64,000 nucleotides of DNA from an uncultured Spirochaetota bacterium (lineage in GTDB: Bacteria > Spirochaetota > Spirochaetia > SZUA-6 > Fen-1364). Every line of letters begins with the position of its first letter. The first letter of the stretch is position 1. A program made the translations under genes and the position numbers. Shown here piece by piece: positions 58,826-64,000 of this stretch. Under the pieces are notes generated by a model. That model did not search any database and was not told where the DNA came from. It saw only the letters and a program-made list of their open reading frames with translations. The stretch spans positions 160,001 to 224,000 of the forward strand of contig CAVTHO010000007.1 of the NCBI GenBank assembly GCA_963734545.1. Direction: 5' to 3'.

Positions 58826-59923
58826 ATGCGAAAGCTGATTCTCGCCATAGTTGCGCTCCTCGCTCTCTTCTCCGCGCTGCGGGCTTTCACCGAAGCCGTC
58901 CCGGCAGGCGAAGCCGGAGTGCAGCTTCATCCCGGGCTTTTGGAGATAGGAGACGGCGCGGCGAGCCTCGGCGTGGCGTTCGGCGTCATGGACGGACCGG
59001 ACAGCCAGGCCGGCCAGTGGAGCCTTCTGCCCCTGCGCATCGTGTACCGCAGCGGCGACAGGAGCCTTTCCGTCGGGTTGAACGGCCTCTCCTTCCTGCT
59101 GAGCGGCGGGGTAAGCGTGGGAAGGCCGCAGAGAATCTCGAGCCCGCGCGTCGGTGACGTGATCAGCGTCGGCGGCAGGGTGACGGTGGATGCCCGAGTG
59201 GACGGTGACGTATGGACCATGGGCGCGGACATCCAGCTCACTCCCCGGGCCGATGTCACCGGTGACGTGGTTGCGCTCGGCGGCAGGGTGATCGCGGCCG
59301 GAGGGTCGATAGTTCGCGGGAGCATCAGCCAGGAGCCGCGGCTGAAGATCCCGTACCTCGGGGTGCTCGGCACCCAGTTCTCCGTGCACGCGCTGGCATT
59401 CGGCCGGCACCTGCTGACCTACATTCTGCTCGGGTTCGCGCTCTTCCTTTCCAGCTACTATCTTTCCGCTCACGCGCGGGGGCTCTACCGGGCCCTGGGA
59501 GAGTCCTGGCGGCAGTCTCTTTTGACTCTCGCCTTTTCCGCCGTGCTCGTGCCGATCCTCGTGCTCCTCCTTGTCGTTTCCGTGATCGGCGTGTTTTTTC
59601 TGCCCCTGCTGGTCCTTGCGCTCATGCTCGCCGCTTTCGACGGCTTCATCCTGCTGTGCGCTCGTCTCGGGGGGCTCGTGCGCGGAGGGGCGGCCCAGGA
59701 GGGCGGGGGAGATTCGCTCTATCTCTTCTCCTCTGGTTTGCTGGGGCTCTTCCTGATCAAACTGCCAGCGCTCGTGGGTATAATTCTCACGATGCTCCGG
59801 TCCGAGCCGGCCGCCCGTGTGGGGCAGGTGTTGCAGCTGGTGAGCCTCGCGGCCGTTGCGGTGGGGCTGATCTACGGGTTCGGGGCCTCCCTGGCGCACG
59901 TCAGGGCGCGCGCGGCAAGATAG
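58826..59923 (+). CDS. Exported beta-helix (bactofilin-like) domain fused to a multi-TM region
   Basis: Signal peptide; repeats VGDVISVGG, VDGDVWTMGA, VTGDVVALGG; about 5 TM helices. Confidence 0.7.
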   Translation: MRKLILAIVALLALFSALRAFTEAVPAGEAGVQLHPGLLEIGDGAASLGVAFGVMDGPDSQAGQWSLLPLRIVYRSGDRSLSVGLNGLSFLLSGGVSVGRPQRISSPRVGDVISVGGRVTVDARVDGDVWTMGADIQLTPRADVTGDVVALGGRVIAAGGSIVRGSISQEPRLKIPYLGVLGTQFSVHALAFGRHLLTYILLGFALFLSSYYLSAHARGLYRALGESWRQSLLTLAFSAVLVPILVLLLVVSVIGVFFLPLLVLALMLAAFDGFILLCARLGGLVRGGAAQEGGGDSLYLFSSGLLGLFLIKLPALVGIILTMLRSEPAARVGQVLQLVSLAAVAVGLIYGFGASLAHVRARAAR

Positions 59924-59977
59924 CCGGGAAGCCGGCCGACACGAGGGCCTTTCGCGAGGCGTGCCGGTTTCCCGCCC

Positions 59978-62750
59978 CTACTGGCCGTGACAGTACTTGT
60001 ACTTCTTGCCGGATCCGCACGGGCAGAGATCGTTCCGCCCGACCTTCGGCACCGTTCGCTTCACCTGCACCTGCTGCGGCTGGGCGGCGCCGCCGCCGTT
60101 GCCCGCATGAAAGACTGCCGAGCCCGCGGCAGTCGTCCCCGAGCTTCCTCCCGCCGCGAACTGACCCATTGCGTTGTGTGATGCCTGCACCCCGACGGCG
60201 GCCCGCGCGGCCAGGGGCTTCTCCGGCGCCTGCTGGATCCGTACCCGGAAGATCTTGCGCGCAATGGCCGTCTTTATCTCGTAGAGCATGTCGTCGAATA
60301 TCTGGAAGCCTTCCAGCTTGTACTCGAGCAGCGGGTTTTTCTGGCTGTAGGCGCGCAGGTAGACCGCCTCGCGCAGCGACTCGAGGTTTTCCAGGTGGTC
60401 CTGCCACCGGGAGTCGATGTTGCGCAGATACTCGAACTGGATGAAGCGATTCAGCACCTCTTCACCGATCTCCGCTGCCTTCTCGTTGATGCTCTGGCTG
60501 AGCTGACCAAGGATGGCGCGGTTGAGTTCCTCCAGGGGAAGCGCGGCGAGCTCCGCGGCGCTCTGCGGGGGCTCGTAGAAGAGGCTCTCTTTCAGCTCGG
60601 CCAGGAGAGCGGCTACTCGTGCCTGGGGATTTTCGCCGGATTTCCGGTAGCGCTCGAAGATCTCTCCAAAGAGCTCCGCCCCGGTGGCAATGACCCTGTC
60701 CTTCAGACTGGTGTCGGAGATGATCTCGTCCCTCCGCGAGTAAATGAACTTCCGCTGCTCGTTGAGCACGTCGTCGTACTCCAGCAGGTGCTTTCTGACC
60801 TCGAAGTTGCGCTCTTCCACTTTCTTCTGCGCGCGCTCGATGGACTTGTTCAGCCAGGGGTGGACGATTGGTTCGCCATCCTTCATGCCCATCCGCGACA
60901 TGAGGCCCTTGATGTTCTCCCCGCCGAACAGGCGCATCAGGTCGTCCTCGAGGGAAATGTAGAAGTGCGAGGAGCCGGGATCACCCTGCCGGCCCGAACG
61001 GCCGCGGAGCTGATTGTCGATGCGCCGCGCCTCGTGACGTTCCGTGCCCAGCACGTGCAGACCGCCCAGCGACATCACCTCCTGGTAGTCGGACTGCCAG
61101 GAGCGATACTCGTCCGCAAACGCCTTGCGGTAGACATCCTCGCTGGCCTGGGTGCCGGCCTTCTTCCGCGCCCTGAACTCCGGATTTCCTCCCAGCTTGA
61201 TGTCGGTGCCGCGGCCGGCCATGTTGGTGGCGATGGTCACCGATCCCTTCGTGCCCGCCTCCGCGATGATCATTGCCTCCCGGGCATGGTTCTTGGCGTT
61301 CAACACCTCGTGGCGGACGCCGCGGCCGATGAGCATGCGGGAGAGCTTTTCCGACTTCTCGATCGAAATGGTCCCGACGAGCACAGGCTGCCCCTTCTTG
61401 TGCAGCTCCCCGATGGAATCACAGATGGCCGTGAGCTTTTCCTCTTCCGTCAGGTAGATCTCGTCGTCGGCGTCCGCGCGGACGACGGGGCGGTTGGTCG
61501 GGATGACCACCACATCGAGGTTGTAGATCTTGCCGAACTCCTGAGCCTCCGTGTCCGCGGTGCCGGTCATGCCCGGCAAGCTTGCCGTACATGCGGAAAT
61601 AGTTCTGGAAGGTGATCGTGGCGAGTGTGCGGTTCCTCTGCGCGATCTTGATGCGTTCCTTTGCCTCGATGGCCTGGTGGAGGCCTTCGGAATAGCGCCT
61701 TCCATAGAGGATGCGGCCGGTGAACTCGTCCACGATCTGCACCTTGCCGTCCTGTACCACGTAGTCCACGTCCTTGGCGTAGAGCTTGTGGGCGCGCAGG
61801 GCCTGGGTGAAATAGTGGATGAACTCGAAGTTCTGCTCGGTAAAGAGGGAGTCGCGGATGAGCCCGCGGCGCTGCAGCAGCTCTTCGATGTGGTTCATGC
61901 CCTGATCGGTGAACGTCACCCGCTTGTTTTTTTCCTCCAGCTTGAAGTCGCCCTTCGGCTGCGCATCCCCCTCCGGGTAGCGGCCGGTGGCGGGGTCCTT
62001 CTCACAATCCACGAGCTGATCGACGAGCTTGTTCACCTCCGCGAACTTGAAGGTATCGTCCTCCGCCATGCCCGAGATGATGAGGGGCGTGCGTGCTTCG
62101 TCGATGAGGATGTTGTCAATTTCGTCCACGATGGCATATGCGTGGCCCCTCTGTACCTTCTCCGCGGGGCTCCAGCACATGTTGTCCCTCAGGTAGTCGA
62201 ATCCGAACTCATTGTTGGTGCCGTACGTGATGTCCCGGGCGTAGGACTCCTTGCGCTGCGCGTTGTCCATCTGGCTGAGGATGACCCCCACGCTCACGCC
62301 CAGCATGTTGAAAATCGGCCCCATCCACCCCGCGTCGCGCTCCGCGAGATAGTCGTTCACCGTGATGACGTGGACGCCTTCGCCGGTCAGGCTGTTGAGG
62401 TAGGCGGCGGGAACGCTCGCGAGGGTCTTCCCCTCGCCGGTTTTCATTTCGGTGATTTTTCCCTTGTGCAGGACGATGGCGCCCATGAGCTGAACATCGA
62501 ATATGCGCTCGCCGAGCTTTCTCCGCGCCGCCTCTCGGACCAGGGCATAGGCCTCGGGAAGCAGGTTGTCCAGCGTCTCTCCTTTCGCCAGCCTTTGCCG
62601 GAACTCTCCGGTCTTCGCGGCAAAATCCTCATCCTGATACCTCATGACCTCGGGCTCGAGCGCGCTGATCTTCTGCATGAGCGGAACCAGTTCCTTCAGG
62701 TCGCGATCATGCTTCGACCCCAGGAGAAAGGTGAGGATTTTTTGGAGCAT
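59978..62750 (-). CDS. secA: Preprotein translocase SecA; frameshift near 61573
   Basis: [16 protein letters not shown]-like motif, [56 protein letters not shown]. Confidence 0.97.
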
Positions 62751-62812
62751 GGGGCCAATGTACCCCTCGAGAGATTGACAGGTCAAGGGAACGCCGCTAC
62801 GATGGGGCGCCA

Positions 62813-64000
62813 ATGTCCATTCACCCCCGCAGAGTCCTTGTCATATTCCTTGCCGCGGCGGGAATGTCCGTCCTGCTGCTCTCCGGCTGTCAGAAAAAAG
62901 GCATCGAGGAGCTCGTCAGCAGCGAGCTTTTCTCGCTCACATTCGGCAAGATGGAAGACCAGCTCGATCTCTTCCAGTTCGAAGCGGCGAAAGTCGTGCG
63001 CAAGAACACCGTCTGCATGCGGGATGGCTGGTTCTACGTCGCGAATGGCAATGCGGGCAAGATCATGGTTTTCTCCTCGTACGGGGACTTGATCTTCCTC
63101 CTGTACAATCCGCAGACAAATCCGGCCCCCACCGTGCTGGGTCCCGTGGACCAGGGCTCCGGCAACGAGGTGAGCACCCGCGGCTCGGTTGCATATCCCT
63201 TCGTCGATATCGGTGAGATCGCGGTCGCCAGTGACAAGACGCTGTATGTCGAGGACGCGGTTGCCGAGGCCAAGGAAGTAAAAGACGCGGACAGGGGAGT
63301 GGTCCTCAGCCGCGTTATTCAGCGCTTCGACCGCAAAGGAAAGCCGCTGGGGTACATCGGCCAGGAAGGAATCGGCGGCACGCCCTTTCCCTACGTGTCC
63401 GCGCTGCACGTGGCTGCCGGAGACCAGCTCGTGGTCGTCTGCAGGCTCCCCCAGACATGGGAGGTCTTCTGGTATTCGCGCGACGGGGTCCTTCTGCACC
63501 AGGTGGAGCTCGACAACAAGAACCTGCCCGTGCAGCCTGCCAAAGGGGTTACGCCGGTGCTGGTGAACATCCTGCCGGACCTGCAAAACCCGGTTTTGTA
63601 CCTGGTCATCTATTCTTACAGGGTTTCCGCCGATCCGGGCGCCGTGGAAACGCCGGCGCAGGACGGAGTGGTCGGGCGCGCTTACAAGCTCGATCTGCGC
63701 ACCGGGCAGTATGATTCCTCCTTTGTCGAGTTTCCGCAGAATCTTCCCCGGAGGGAAAGGTCAGGGCTCAAGACAACCGAGATCCCGTCCCCGCCCAGCG
63801 AGCTCGTCGGGGTGAGCTCCAGCGGCTACTTCTATCTGCTCGCCTACACCGACACCAACCTCTACACGCTCAGCATCCTGGATCCTGCCGGGAAGGTCAG
63901 GGCGCAGCGTCGCATGGTGATCGAGGACTCCGAGCTCATCTACCGTGACACGCATCTCTCCTCCACCGGCATCGTCTACGGGCTCCTGGCTGATCGGACC
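62813..64000 (+). CDS. Lipoprotein with beta-propeller/NHL-like repeats (LIC12708-like), 3' truncated by the window edge
   Basis: Open frame running off the window: [26 protein letters not shown] lipobox, [23 protein letters not shown]; divergent from secA. Confidence 0.75.
   Translation, partial: MSIHPRRVLVIFLAAAGMSVLLLSGCQKKGIEELVSSELFSLTFGKMEDQLDLFQFEAAKVVRKNTVCMRDGWFYVANGNAGKIMVFSSYGDLIFLLYNPQTNPAPTVLGPVDQGSGNEVSTRGSVAYPFVDIGEIAVASDKTLYVEDAVAEAKEVKDADRGVVLSRVIQRFDRKGKPLGYIGQEGIGGTPFPYVSALHVAAGDQLVVVCRLPQTWEVFWYSRDGVLLHQVELDNKNLPVQPAKGVTPVLVNILPDLQNPVLYLVIYSYRVSADPGAVETPAQDGVVGRAYKLDLRTGQYDSSFVEFPQNLPRRERSGLKTTEIPSPPSELVGVSSSGYFYLLAYTDTNLYTLSILDPAGKVRAQRRMVIEDSELIYRDTHLSSTGIVYGLLADRT

Overview
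This is a GC-rich core-genome segment of a free-living spirochaete (class Spirochaetia, inferred from the FlbB collar gene, fliY and Treponema/Borrelia-like synteny). Gene order: recN; cdd and envelope genes; a dcw cluster (mraZ-rsmH-ftsL-murF-mraY-ftsW-ftsQ-ftsA-ftsZ); xerD-dprA-topA-xerC-hslVU; a long flagellar operon (flgB to fliA and fapA) that lacks motAB at their usual position; cheW-cheA-cheY; a Maf-type glycosyltransferase; a class B PBP; two LysM/M23 peptidases; a bactofilin-like membrane protein; secA; and a partial lipoprotein. About 15 genes, several essential, carry single-base frameshifts that are almost certainly read or assembly errors. The most unusual signal is a dispersed family of 24-bp hairpin repeats (consensus GCGCCGCGG-TACT-CCGCGG-ATTCT). 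It has compensatory stem changes and no stop codon in any of six frames, and it occurs singly or in tandem at about a dozen loci. Copies lie between genes and in-frame inside housekeeping proteins (Cdd, FtsQ twice, XerD, TopA, a LysM/M23 peptidase) in different frames and orientations. A second hairpin family (CGCGC-CAGGA-GCGCG, read as RQER) and intergenic GAA-triloop elements behave similarly. All calls come from reading the sequence by eye; no database searches were run.
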